In this document: positions 37,418 through 47,061 of the stretch, in pieces | How the letters are laid out: each line of letters begins with the position of its first letter | Position numbering within the stretch: the stretch's first letter is position 1 | From: Saprospiraceae bacterium | GTDB lineage: Bacteria > Bacteroidota > Bacteroidia > Chitinophagales > Saprospiraceae | Direction of reading: 5' to 3' | Length of the DNA: 47,828 bases | Assembly (NCBI GenBank): GCA_043778415.1 | Contig: JAYWGG010000356.1 | Location: forward strand, 1-47,828 | Position numbers and translations under genes: made by a program | The notes under the pieces: generated by a model | Told to the model about the DNA's origin: nothing | The model's database searches: none | The model's input: only the letters and a program-made list of their open reading frames with translations

Positions 37418-38734
37418 TTATTTATCCCACCAGACTCTGCCGTAAAGTCCGTAGGTGTTGCCTGTCGGAGTTTTTTTGTTCAAGTCTAACTCGTTTTGAG
37501 AATAGAAAAACCTTCTTGGTATAGTATTTCCAGCGTTTGGTACGAGCGCAGGAAATCCTGTTCTTCTCCAATCCGTCCATACTTCTGGATTGGTGTAGAG
37601 AGCCAAGTATTTTTGCGTCATGATTTCCTTCAATGTGACACTGGCTGGTGTTACAGTCGGTTGAGCGACGTAGGTGGCGAGTTGCGCTGCCGTCAAACCC
37701 AACTCCGCAAAGGAAGCTCCGATTGCGTCCGCATAAGCGGTCGTTACGTTCAAGCCAGTTTTTGACAAACACTCTGCTTGGATAAATTTCTGCTCCGTGT
37801 AGGTCAAAAGTCCAACTTTTTGGTCTATGGTGAACAAAGGAGCTGGATCGCTATACAGCGAAGCTCCTAATATCGGACGGCGTGGGTCATTGAGTTGTGC
37901 CAAAATAGTGTCATAATTGATACCTACTTCTGCATCGCCACGTTGTGTATTGTATTGATACCAAGGTGCTGCGCCTACTTCGTCTGCCACGAAAGCAAAT
38001 CGAGCATCGTCTGCGCTGCTCGCGAATCCGCCTCCGAGTGAGTTGAGTGCTTTGCCATAGTTGGCTGCATCTACTTTTCCCAAGTGCAAGTGAGCGCGAG
38101 CTTCCAATACGTTACAGAATTTTACCCATTTTGGAGCAGAGCCGCCATAAATTACATCATCAGTGCCGGGCTTTACGATGCCAGCCGATGTAGCGGTAAG
38201 TTTTGCTTTTGCTTCCGTGATAAGACTAAAAACGGTCGCGTAGATTTGCTCTTGCGTGTCGTAAGACGGCTGAAGATTATCTACTCCTTTGAAAGCATTA
38301 GAGTATGGAATATCGCCCCAAACATCTGTCGCCATGAGCAAAGTGAAGGCTTCTAACGCGCGAGCGATACCGCTAAAGGTATTGTAGCTGTTGGCATCGG
38401 AAGTTCTTTTTAGCTCTTGAATATCCGACAAAACGCCCGAATAGGTATTCGCCCACATAGTGCTAAAATCGTCTGGGACGAATGAATAGCCTTGATAGGC
38501 TGCAAATTGGCGGTTGTTGCCGTCAATATGCTGCGTCATAATGGACGAATAACGCGATGCGTCACCGCCATACACATAAGCAATGCGAGCTTCGATAGTG
38601 GGAAGCAAGGTTTTGGGCGAGACATTGGTCGTCAAATCTGGATTGACGTTCACGTCGCCGAAGTAGTCTTTGCAAGAACTCAAACTCAATGCGAGGATTG
38701 CAAAAAACAACAGACTTATTTTATTAAATTTCAT
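37418..38734 (-). CDS. SusD/RagB-family nutrient-binding outer-membrane lipoprotein
   Basis: 438 aa with lipoprotein signal LALSLSSC. Lies immediately downstream of a SusC-like gene. The C-terminal ...FFYSQNELDLN region is typical of the family. Confidence 0.8.
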   Translation of the reverse strand: MKFNKISLLFFAILALSLSSCKDYFGDVNVNPDLTTNVSPKTLLPTIEARIAYVYGGDASRYSSIMTQHIDGNNRQFAAYQGYSFVPDDFSTMWANTYSGVLSDIQELKRTSDANSYNTFSGIARALEAFTLLMATDVWGDIPYSNAFKGVDNLQPSYDTQEQIYATVFSLITEAKAKLTATSAGIVKPGTDDVIYGGSAPKWVKFCNVLEARAHLHLGKVDAANYGKALNSLGGGFASSADDARFAFVADEVGAAPWYQYNTQRGDAEVGINYDTILAQLNDPRRPILGASLYSDPAPLFTIDQKVGLLTYTEQKFIQAECLSKTGLNVTTAYADAIGASFAELGLTAAQLATYVAQPTVTPASVTLKEIMTQKYLALYTNPEVWTDWRRTGFPALVPNAGNTIPRRFFYSQNELDLNKKTPTGNTYGLYGRVWWDK

Positions 38735-38793
38735 AAAATATTATTATTTTTTTACTTGAATAGAAAAATTTAATTTGCTACAAAAGTTAGTGA

Positions 38794-41700
38794 TTAAAAT
38801 TTAAGGCTCAATCCAAAAGCATAGCTTTTAGCACCCGGCTGGTTGAAATAATCCAAACCTTGTGCGTTGCCGCCACCTACCAAACTTGTTTCAGGGTCAA
38901 CGCCTGTATAGTCTGTTTTTATCCACAAGTTTCTTCCTGTGAAGGAAAGTGACAAGTCGGTCAAGTGTAACAATTTCAGCACACTTGGTCGGAAACGATA
39001 AGATAGACCGATAGTACGGAAACGGATTGAACTTGAGTTTTCGATGAATTGCTCGCCGTTTGGTCCGAATCCAGAGCCCAAACCCTGATACCATGCTTGA
39101 TTGACCAATGCTTTGGTCGTGTTGGGAGAACCGTCCTCTTTTACACCTTCAAACAATACTTCCGTGTTGCGGTTTTCTGTCAAGCGGCTCATACCGAAGT
39201 TGGTCAATGCGCCTTTTGTTCCGTTCCACATTTGGCTGCCAGAGCGGATATCCAACAAAGCAGACAGTGTGAAGCCATAAACTGTGAACGAATTGGTCAA
39301 GCCCAACAAATATTTTGGGTTTGGATTTCCGACAGGGCGATTGCTTTTTTCGTCCAACAACGGAAAGCCATCTGCGTCCACTACGATTTTACCATTTGGG
39401 TTGTAATCTTTGTCCGGGTTGAATCTGTTGCCGTCGTTGGTGCGCTGCCATGCGCCTGAATAAATTTGTCCGTATTCTTTTCCTACGATGTTGTAAATTC
39501 CTGTTCCACTGAATCCGCCCAAAAATTGGGTGCTGACTCCGTCCGCTAATTTTTCTACGGTTGTTTTCCACTGCGTCAAGTTAGCAGAAATATCCCAGCT
39601 AAATTCTTTCAATCTGATTGGGGTGATACCCAATGTAACGTCATAGCCAATAGTCTTTAATTCGCCTGAATTTAATACGGCTGACGTAAATCCTGTTGAT
39701 GGTGCTGTTGGTACTGCAAAAATCAGATTTTTAGAGTTTCTTACATAATAAGAAGCGTCTATCGAAATACGGTTATTTAACAATTTTAGCTCCAAACCTA
39801 CTTCTCTATCGGTAGTTGTAGATGGTTTTAGGTTAGTTCCATTTCCCTTCGTGTCGTCCAAAGTGTAACTTGTCAAGCCATTGAATGGAAACAAAACACC
39901 GTCCGTCCAGCCATCTCCGACAGTTGGTACTGTGAAGGCTGTGTATGTTTGGTAAGGATTTGGCGCGCCGCCTCCTACTTGTCCGTAAGAAAGTCTTAAT
40001 TTTCCGAAGTTCAAAACTGAACTTGGTTTCATCAACTCCGTGAATACAAAACTGGTAGAAACAGATGGATAGAAGAATCCAATTTTGCCCAAATCAAAAG
40101 TCTTTTCTGGTACGATAAGGTTAGAAACATAATCCTTTCTGCCCGTCAAAGTGAGGTACAAAAAGTTTTTGTAGCCCAAATCCACACTTCCTAAAAAAGA
40201 GAAGTTCTTGGAGTTAGAGTTGAACGGAGTGACTGTCTTGGTAGCCGTATTGTTCAAACTCGGATAGCCCGGAAATGCAAAAGCGTCACCTTGAATCGCT
40301 ACATTGGTCAAATATTTCTGATAAATGTTAAATCCTACATTGTAGCCCAAAGAAAGGTCGCTGCTCAAGTTGGTTTGTCCCAACAAGTTCAAATAAGCAT
40401 CAATACTACGGAAACTGTAGCGGTCGTCAATGACCCTTCCTGTTGGTGCAGTTCTTGAATTAACTTCAAAAGATTGTTTTCTTACGTCGTTATACACGTC
40501 TGTACCTACTTTCGCATTTACTTTGAGCCAGCTCGTGAGGTCGTAAGTAGCATCTACGTTTCCTACCAAACGATTCACTTCGTCGTTGTAAGGAGTTTTA
40601 GAAATTACCCAATACGGATTATCGTAGCCACCGCCATTGCGATAAGTTCGTTGCGCACCGTTGGAGAAATAAAAAGCACGAGTGCTATCTTCTGGGCTGT
40701 CTGTGATGCCATTCGAATTATCGAAAGAAGGAGGCGTTCGTAATAGTCCTAACATCAAGCCAGAAATGTTAGACCCTTGCTGGATGCGGCGACTCGTAGA
40801 GTGTATGTAGTTGATAGTAGAATTAATGTGGAATTTATTATCCAAAAAATGTGCGCTGGACGCAATGCCAACCGTAGTACGGTTGAAATTATTTTTTGGA
40901 ACAAAACCATTATCGTTCAGATTACCAAAAGTCAAGCGATACGTTGCTTTGGAAGGGTCGCCTCCGCTGACCGCAAAATTATGCTGCACGCCTACGCCAG
41001 TCCCGAACACTTTGTAAGGGTCATACGCAGTAGCTGGAGAGCCTAATTTGGCTGCTGGGTTGGACTTTCCGACCAAATTTCCGTTGCGGTCGTACTCGTT
41101 GGCGATGCCGTCAAAGAACATAGTATCCATGCGTGGACCCCATGAAGTGCTGGTTGTCGTGCCAGCTCCTCTGTAACTGCCAGATGTTCCTTTTGCAAAT
41201 TTATTTTGCAACTGTGGAAGAAGAGAGGCTTGCGTAAGCGTCACGGTAGAAGAATATTCTACAGAAAGTCCGCTGCCTTTTTTGTTGCCTTTTTTGGTCG
41301 TAATCAAAATAACACCGCGCGAGCCGTCAATACCGTAAAGCGCAGAGGCTGCTGCACCTTTCAATATTGTGATAGACTCAATGTCATTCGGATTGATGTC
41401 GATAGCGCGATTGGATTGAGAAACACCTGCGGTATTCGCTTCCGTGCTGAACTCCGAATTGTCTATTCGCAATCCATCTATTACCATCAACGCTTGGTTG
41501 TTGCCGTCCAAAGAAGTCTGTCCGCGCAAGATAATGCGAGAAGACGCGCCCGCCGCACCCGATGAACTGGTGATTTGTACGCCAGAAGCCTTTCCTGCCA
41601 ACGCATCAATTACGTTGGTGGTGTTGGATTCTACGATGGACTGACCAGTTACTTTTTGTGCTGCGTAGCCCAAAGACTTTTCGGAGCGGCTCACACCCAA

Positions 41701-42021
41701 AGCGGTAACTATTACATCGCTCAAAATCCTTGCGTCTTCCGCAACTGAAACATCAACTACATTAGACGCTCCCAGCTCCATTTCGCGAGCGGAATAGCCT
41801 GTGTAGCTTACGACTATCGTACTCACTCCCTTCGGGACGTTGAGTGTGTATCTTCCGTCAAAGTCGGTGACGGTACCGGTGGTGGTTCCTTTTGCAAGGA
41901 TGTTGGCTCCGATGACGGGCTGACCTTTTTCGTCGGTGATTTTGCCCTGTATGGTTCGTTGGGCGAGGAGCGCGGACACTCCCGAAAGCACCAATATAAC
42001 CATGAGTAAGAGTTTTTTCAT
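38794..42021 (-). CDS. SusC/RagA-family TonB-dependent outer-membrane transporter
   Basis: 1075 aa. N-terminal carboxypeptidase-regulatory-like domain (IQGKITDEKGQPVIGANILAKGTTTGTVTDFDGRYTL), plug domain, and terminal aromatic ...SYAFGLSLKF. Confidence 0.92.
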   Translation of the reverse strand: MKKLLLMVILVLSGVSALLAQRTIQGKITDEKGQPVIGANILAKGTTTGTVTDFDGRYTLNVPKGVSTIVVSYTGYSAREMELGASNVVDVSVAEDARILSDVIVTALGVSRSEKSLGYAAQKVTGQSIVESNTTNVIDALAGKASGVQITSSSGAAGASSRIILRGQTSLDGNNQALMVIDGLRIDNSEFSTEANTAGVSQSNRAIDINPNDIESITILKGAAASALYGIDGSRGVILITTKKGNKKGSGLSVEYSSTVTLTQASLLPQLQNKFAKGTSGSYRGAGTTTSTSWGPRMDTMFFDGIANEYDRNGNLVGKSNPAAKLGSPATAYDPYKVFGTGVGVQHNFAVSGGDPSKATYRLTFGNLNDNGFVPKNNFNRTTVGIASSAHFLDNKFHINSTINYIHSTSRRIQQGSNISGLMLGLLRTPPSFDNSNGITDSPEDSTRAFYFSNGAQRTYRNGGGYDNPYWVISKTPYNDEVNRLVGNVDATYDLTSWLKVNAKVGTDVYNDVRKQSFEVNSRTAPTGRVIDDRYSFRSIDAYLNLLGQTNLSSDLSLGYNVGFNIYQKYLTNVAIQGDAFAFPGYPSLNNTATKTVTPFNSNSKNFSFLGSVDLGYKNFLYLTLTGRKDYVSNLIVPEKTFDLGKIGFFYPSVSTSFVFTELMKPSSVLNFGKLRLSYGQVGGGAPNPYQTYTAFTVPTVGDGWTDGVLFPFNGLTSYTLDDTKGNGTNLKPSTTTDREVGLELKLLNNRISIDASYYVRNSKNLIFAVPTAPSTGFTSAVLNSGELKTIGYDVTLGITPIRLKEFSWDISANLTQWKTTVEKLADGVSTQFLGGFSGTGIYNIVGKEYGQIYSGAWQRTNDGNRFNPDKDYNPNGKIVVDADGFPLLDEKSNRPVGNPNPKYLLGLTNSFTVYGFTLSALLDIRSGSQMWNGTKGALTNFGMSRLTENRNTEVLFEGVKEDGSPNTTKALVNQAWYQGLGSGFGPNGEQFIENSSSIRFRTIGLSYRFRPSVLKLLHLTDLSLSFTGRNLWIKTDYTGVDPETSLVGGGNAQGLDYFNQPGAKSYAFGLSLKF

Positions 42022-42264
42022 ACTAAACTGATTTTTTTGATTTAAAAAAAATTATACGTGAATTGAAGTCAAAAGTAACACATATTATTATGTTTGTATA
42101 GTTTTTAATTGTTTTTTTTATTTTTTATAAAAATAAAATTGGGGGGACAGAATTATTTTATAAAAATATTTACTTATAATTATCTGATAATCAACGCAAA
42201 AGGCTCGAAGTACGCAACATACTCCAAGCCTTTTATATCAATATTTCTTTTAAATTATTTTTTT

Positions 42265-43707
42265 TCAACATTCACTCAAGCTGATTGGGATATTGGTAGC
42301 CAAGCCGCCGTCGGAGGTTTCTTTGTATTTTACGTTCATATCCAATGCGGTTTCCCACATCGTCTTTACGACTGCGTCAAGCGAAACTTTGGCATTTTGA
42401 GGGTCGCTTTGTAGCGCAAGCTGGCAGGCGGTGATGGCTTTGATGGCTCCCATCGTGTTGCGCTCGATGCACGGTACTTGCACCAAGCCGCCGACGGGGT
42501 CGCAGGTGAGTCCCAAGTGGTGTTCCATAGCGATTTCGGTTGCCATCAGGACTTGTCGCAGGCTGCCGCCCAAACACTCGGTGAGTGCGCCTGCCGCCAT
42601 TGCGGACGATACGCCGATTTCAGCCTGACAGCCGCCCATCGCTGCCGAGATAGTAGAGCCTTTTTTGAAAATACTGCCCAACTCTGCCGCTGCAAGGATA
42701 AACTGAACGATTTTGTCGTTGCTGTTGCCGTCACAAAAAGCGATATAATATTGCAAAACTGCGGGTATCACGCCCGCTGCGCCGTTGGTGGGAGCGGTGA
42801 CTACGCGTCCGAAGGCGGCATTTTCTTCATTCACGGCGAGGGCAAAACAGCTGACCCAGTTGAGGATATTGTTGAAAGACGTGCCGCTTTTTTGGACTTC
42901 TGCGAGCCAGCTATCGTAGTCGGAATACGTTTTATTTGCCAATAATTTTTTGTTCAAGCTGTAAGCACGCCGCCTGACATGAAGCCCGCCGGGAAGCTCG
43001 CCGTCGGTGTGGCAGCCGCGATAAATACAGGCTTTCATAGTGTTCCAGATTTTCAATACGCCGTTGATAGTTTCGCGTTCTGGTCGCCATGCTTTTTCAT
43101 TTTCCCAAACTATTTCGGTCAGCGACATCATATTGTCCAAGCAATGCGTGAGCAATTCTTCTGCATTCTGGACTGGATAAGGGAGTTGGATTGGATTTTT
43201 TAGAGAAGTTTGCTTGCTGTCGCCGTCTTCGGTTCTCACGAATCCGCCTCCGATGGAGTAGTAGGTTTGGGCTATCTCCGTGCCGTCCGCAGTGGTCGCC
43301 ACGAAGGTCAGCGCGTTGGGGTGGTAGGGGAGCGAAGCGTGCATCAAGAAAGCGATATTGGTCTTTGGGTCGAATGGAATGGGGTGTATGTTGGCGAGGC
43401 GGAGTTCGTTTTTTGCGGCGATTTGTGCGATGGTCGGCGCGACGGCATCTACCTCGAAGGTGACGGGGTCGGCAGCCATGAGTCCGAGCTGGACGGCGAT
43501 GTCGGTGCCGTGACCTTTGCCTGTTTTTGCGAGCGAGCCGTAGAGCAAGATATTGACAGTTGCGATATTTGCTATGTCACTTTTTTGAGAGATTAGTTCC
43601 AAAAACTGCATGGCTGCGCGCCAAGGTCCGAGCGTGTGGGAGCTGGACGGACCGATGCCGATTTTAAAAATATCGAAGACCGAAATTTGTTCGTGCGCTT
43701 GGTTCAT
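42265..43707 (-). CDS. sdaA: L-serine ammonia-lyase (iron-sulfur dependent, single chain)
   Basis: 480 aa. N-terminal [33 protein letters not shown] region. C-terminal ...SLSEC. Confidence 0.9.
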   Translation of the reverse strand: MNQAHEQISVFDIFKIGIGPSSSHTLGPWRAAMQFLELISQKSDIANIATVNILLYGSLAKTGKGHGTDIAVQLGLMAADPVTFEVDAVAPTIAQIAAKNELRLANIHPIPFDPKTNIAFLMHASLPYHPNALTFVATTADGTEIAQTYYSIGGGFVRTEDGDSKQTSLKNPIQLPYPVQNAEELLTHCLDNMMSLTEIVWENEKAWRPERETINGVLKIWNTMKACIYRGCHTDGELPGGLHVRRRAYSLNKKLLANKTYSDYDSWLAEVQKSGTSFNNILNWVSCFALAVNEENAAFGRVVTAPTNGAAGVIPAVLQYYIAFCDGNSNDKIVQFILAAAELGSIFKKGSTISAAMGGCQAEIGVSSAMAAGALTECLGGSLRQVLMATEIAMEHHLGLTCDPVGGLVQVPCIERNTMGAIKAITACQLALQSDPQNAKVSLDAVVKTMWETALDMNVKYKETSDGGLATNIPISLSEC

Positions 43708-43731
43708 AAAATCATTTTCAGTTAGGTGGTT

Positions 43732-46695
43732 CTATTTTTTTTGTGAATGGTCGAGGTTTTGGGGATTTATTTCGTTGATTAAATTAAGAATTTTGTTGGT
43801 GCTAAATTGAGTCCTGAATTTGATTTTTACGTTGCCACCAAAAAATTGTTCGGCGTGTTTTATTTTTTGATTTTCTTCCGCTCTTAAATTTTCCTCTCTA
43901 TTGACATTTTTGGTTTCGACAACGAAGTGTAGTTTTTTTGTTCCGTCCTCAAAATTCAAAACATAAGCAAAATCGGGCGAATAACTCTTCCCGCCTGCGA
44001 CAGGTATTTTGATAGAATTTTTTGGAATTTTGGTAAATACAACAACTTCCTTAATGGATTCTTTGATATTCGTTTTTTCCAAATCAGAGTCGTAATACAG
44101 ATCTTCAAAAAAATATTTTTCGCCTACTTTTTCTTCTGAATGAAGTATGCCTGCATCTGAAGCGGAGATTTCTTTGAGTGCTTCGCCTTCTTTATCTGTT
44201 AGTTTGGTAGGGTGTATGCTATTTGATACTTTTTTGTACTCAATATTAAACTTTCCTATCGCGTGGAGCATCAGGAAGTTATTAAAGTTTTCTTTGATTG
44301 TCCTTATGGTTGTTGTGTTAAGAAATTTATTAATATCTACTCTGGAATCAATGAAGGATTGGTGTAAAGTTTTTAAGTTTATGTTTAAAATTTTAGACAA
44401 TTCTTTCAAAAAATCACTGTATTTCATCGTTGAAATCGCATTTGTTGCCCGATAGTAGATAGATTCTTCTTCTCTCACAACGGCTAAATTATCTTTTATT
44501 GCTACTTCCGAAATACGTTCTCTGATACCGCTTTCGCTAAAATCATTTTTTTGATTTACTAAATAACTTAAAAATAATTGCTTAAAAGTTATTTCATTAT
44601 CAAATTTATATTCCAAAATTACCTTTTCGTTCAGTTTTTCCCAAAGTTCTTTTAGTTCGCTGTACTTTTCTGTTCTTACGGTTATTTTCTTTTTTGGGTC
44701 GGTTGCTTTACGAACTTTGTCAGAGCCAACGCCTTCAAAGATTTGTCCATAATTTTGCTTTACATAGTCATAGCCACCTTCCAAAAATTTTCTTGAAAAA
44801 TCAATTACTTTTTTATCCATAATTAATTCTTGCAACAACATATTTTCGCTCTCAAAATTGTACTTTTCTATGATTTGCTTAATCATGTCATCGCTCAACC
44901 TTTCGTGCACGACTTCTATCGAAATGGCACCTGATTTTTGATTGATTTCTTTGACGAGTTTGTCTATAAAGTCGCTTTCAGTAAAATCTACAAAATAATT
45001 TAAGAAAAAAGATTCGTCTTTTACGCGGTTGCCGTATTCATTGACGGGCAAACGAAGCCCGCGCCCGACTTCTTGCAATTTTGATATTTCGCTGCCGCTG
45101 CTTCTCAATTTACAGATTTGAAAAACATTCGGATTGTCCCAACCCTCGCGAAGTGTCCATTTTGAAAAAATAAATCGTCGGGGGTTTTCCAAGTCAAGCA
45201 TCGCTTGTTTGTCGTGTAATATTTCGTTGATTTCTTTTTCTATCGCTTCGTCTTTATCCGAGTTGTCTTTGGCAAAATATCCGCCGTGTGTCTTCGATAC
45301 ATCTTGTAGTGTTTTTTCTAAATACGTTTTATAAAATCCATCTTTTTCTGCTTTTAATAAATTTTCGGCGTGTATTTTTATTAATTTTTCAATCGTAGTT
45401 CTGATGTAGCCATCTTTATTTCGGTATTCGTCTATATTATCAATAAAAAACAAGGTGAGGGGTTTGATTTTCACTTCTCTCATCAGCAATTTTTTTTCTA
45501 ACTCAAAATGGTGTTCGATGGCTTTTTGCATCATTATCTCCTGCAAAGTTTGCGCATAGGAGTAAGGATTTATCTTATCGCCTTTTTTCAGTTCTATTCC
45601 GTTGGATAAAATGACCGTGCTTTTATTCAGATTGGCTACCAACAAATCACTCATGGCGGCGTGGATTTTTTCTAAACTTTCATTTTTGGCTACACTAATA
45701 TTTTTTTTATTATTGTTCTCCGAAAGCTCAAAAATCGCCTCTTTACCGTCCGAGTCTATAAATTTTACCAAAGCATTTTTTCCCGTTTCAAACTCTGTAA
45801 TATGCCCAATAATCCCTTTTACCAGATTTCGATTGAACGCATCTACTGCCGTCAACGTATAGACCAGATTTTGATAGTCTTTTACTTTTATGCCTTCCAA
45901 TTTATTACTTAATGGATTTTTTTGCTTGATTTCTATCTCTGGAAATGTAGCTCCGTAGCGCAATATGTATTGCGCATTTATTTTTTGTAGGTTTTCCCAA
46001 GTCTTACTTTCTACCCCAAATTTGTGCGGCTCGTCCAATATTAAAAATGGATTAGTTGCCGCAATCGCTTCAAAAGGCGTACGGTATTTGTCCAAAAGCG
46101 TCCGGTCAAAACTTTTTTGCATCGTGTCCGAATTGAGCATACCCGCATTGATAATCATGACTTGAATCGTATTTTTTTCAAATGTTTCGGCGTTCACAAA
46201 ACTGCTTACCGAAGTCGGCAAATACGACTTTTTTCTTTTGCTGCTTTTCTGGCTTTCTACGACGTGCAGATGTATTGTTTTTCCGTATTGCTCTTTGAAA
46301 TGCTCGCGGCTACTTTCCGACTTCAAAAAATCTATCGTTCCAGCCTTGATAGGCAAGGTAGGGACGGCTATGATAAATTTGAAAATGCCGTACTGCTTAT
46401 TGAGTTCAAATATCGTTTGGGTATAGGTATAGGTTTTTCCTGTACCGGTTTCCATCATAATATCTATAATATTGCTATTAAATTTTGCTTTTTCGGTAAT
46501 ATTATTGCTTTGTTGTAGTTTTTCTACATTTTTACGAAATATTCCAAAAGGTTCTTGTTGAACAATAATTGGATTGATGCGCTGTTTTTCAACCGACTTG
46601 GACGCTTGTATTTCAAGTCCATCGAAAACCGCAATCGTGCTTTTTACCGCCTGCACTTGGTGGGTCAGGTTTTTTTCAAAATTAAATGCTGCCAT
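43732..46695 (-). CDS. res: Type III restriction endonuclease subunit Res
   Basis: Helicase motif I METGTGKTYTY and motif II LILDEPHKF. C-terminal PD-(D/E)xK (YSPDFAYV...HFVVETKN). Start set at MAAFNFEKN (46695), which shares one nt with the upstream stop (TAATG). The ORF track extends to 46746. Confidence 0.88.
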   Translation of the reverse strand: MAAFNFEKNLTHQVQAVKSTIAVFDGLEIQASKSVEKQRINPIIVQQEPFGIFRKNVEKLQQSNNITEKAKFNSNIIDIMMETGTGKTYTYTQTIFELNKQYGIFKFIIAVPTLPIKAGTIDFLKSESSREHFKEQYGKTIHLHVVESQKSSKRKKSYLPTSVSSFVNAETFEKNTIQVMIINAGMLNSDTMQKSFDRTLLDKYRTPFEAIAATNPFLILDEPHKFGVESKTWENLQKINAQYILRYGATFPEIEIKQKNPLSNKLEGIKVKDYQNLVYTLTAVDAFNRNLVKGIIGHITEFETGKNALVKFIDSDGKEAIFELSENNNKKNISVAKNESLEKIHAAMSDLLVANLNKSTVILSNGIELKKGDKINPYSYAQTLQEIMMQKAIEHHFELEKKLLMREVKIKPLTLFFIDNIDEYRNKDGYIRTTIEKLIKIHAENLLKAEKDGFYKTYLEKTLQDVSKTHGGYFAKDNSDKDEAIEKEINEILHDKQAMLDLENPRRFIFSKWTLREGWDNPNVFQICKLRSSGSEISKLQEVGRGLRLPVNEYGNRVKDESFFLNYFVDFTESDFIDKLVKEINQKSGAISIEVVHERLSDDMIKQIIEKYNFESENMLLQELIMDKKVIDFSRKFLEGGYDYVKQNYGQIFEGVGSDKVRKATDPKKKITVRTEKYSELKELWEKLNEKVILEYKFDNEITFKQLFLSYLVNQKNDFSESGIRERISEVAIKDNLAVVREEESIYYRATNAISTMKYSDFLKELSKILNINLKTLHQSFIDSRVDINKFLNTTTIRTIKENFNNFLMLHAIGKFNIEYKKVSNSIHPTKLTDKEGEALKEISASDAGILHSEEKVGEKYFFEDLYYDSDLEKTNIKESIKEVVVFTKIPKNSIKIPVAGGKSYSPDFAYVLNFEDGTKKLHFVVETKNVNREENLRAEENQKIKHAEQFFGGNVKIKFRTQFSTNKILNLINEINPQNLDHSQKK

Positions 46696-47060
46696 TACGA
46701 TTGATTGATGTTTAGGAGAAGTTGTTTGAGTGTTTGCGTCGCCCATTGTCGGAATTGTGTTGCTACTTTAGAGTTCACTCTATAGCCTACCGACAATATT
46801 AGGTCTAAATTAAAGAACTCAATAGTTCGTTTAACCTCTCTTGTACCTTCTTTTTGAACTGTTGCAAAAAATGCAACAGTTGAAATTTCTATTAATTCTC
46901 CTTCATTAAATATATTTTTAATGTGCCGAGAAATTACAGATTTATCCCTTCCAAAAAGAGATGAAATTTGGTCTAAACTCGCCCAAACCATTTCGCCGCT
47001 TGCGTCTTGGCGGAGTTCAAGGCTGCCATTTTCGGCTTGATAAATAATTAATTCTTCCAT
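46695..47060 (-). CDS. RhuM-family N-terminal module only (121 aa), embedded between mod and res
   Basis: IIYQAENGSLELR...MVWASLDQISSLFGRDKSVISRHIKNIFNEGEL...FFNLDLILSVGYRVNSKVATQFRQWATQTL matches the N-terminal third of RhuM-family proteins as I recall them. It stops where full-length members continue. Confidence 0.65.
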   Translation of the reverse strand: MEELIIYQAENGSLELRQDASGEMVWASLDQISSLFGRDKSVISRHIKNIFNEGELIEISTVAFFATVQKEGTREVKRTIEFFNLDLILSVGYRVNSKVATQFRQWATQTLKQLLLNINQS

Positions 47061-47061
47061 A

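Noticed and set aside
42109-42414. A 101-aa plus-strand ORF in the AT-rich gap between susC and sdaA.
   Set aside because: The translation is low-complexity F/I/K/Y-rich, it overlaps the 3-prime end of sdaA, and it has no ribosome-binding or promoter context. It is likely spurious.
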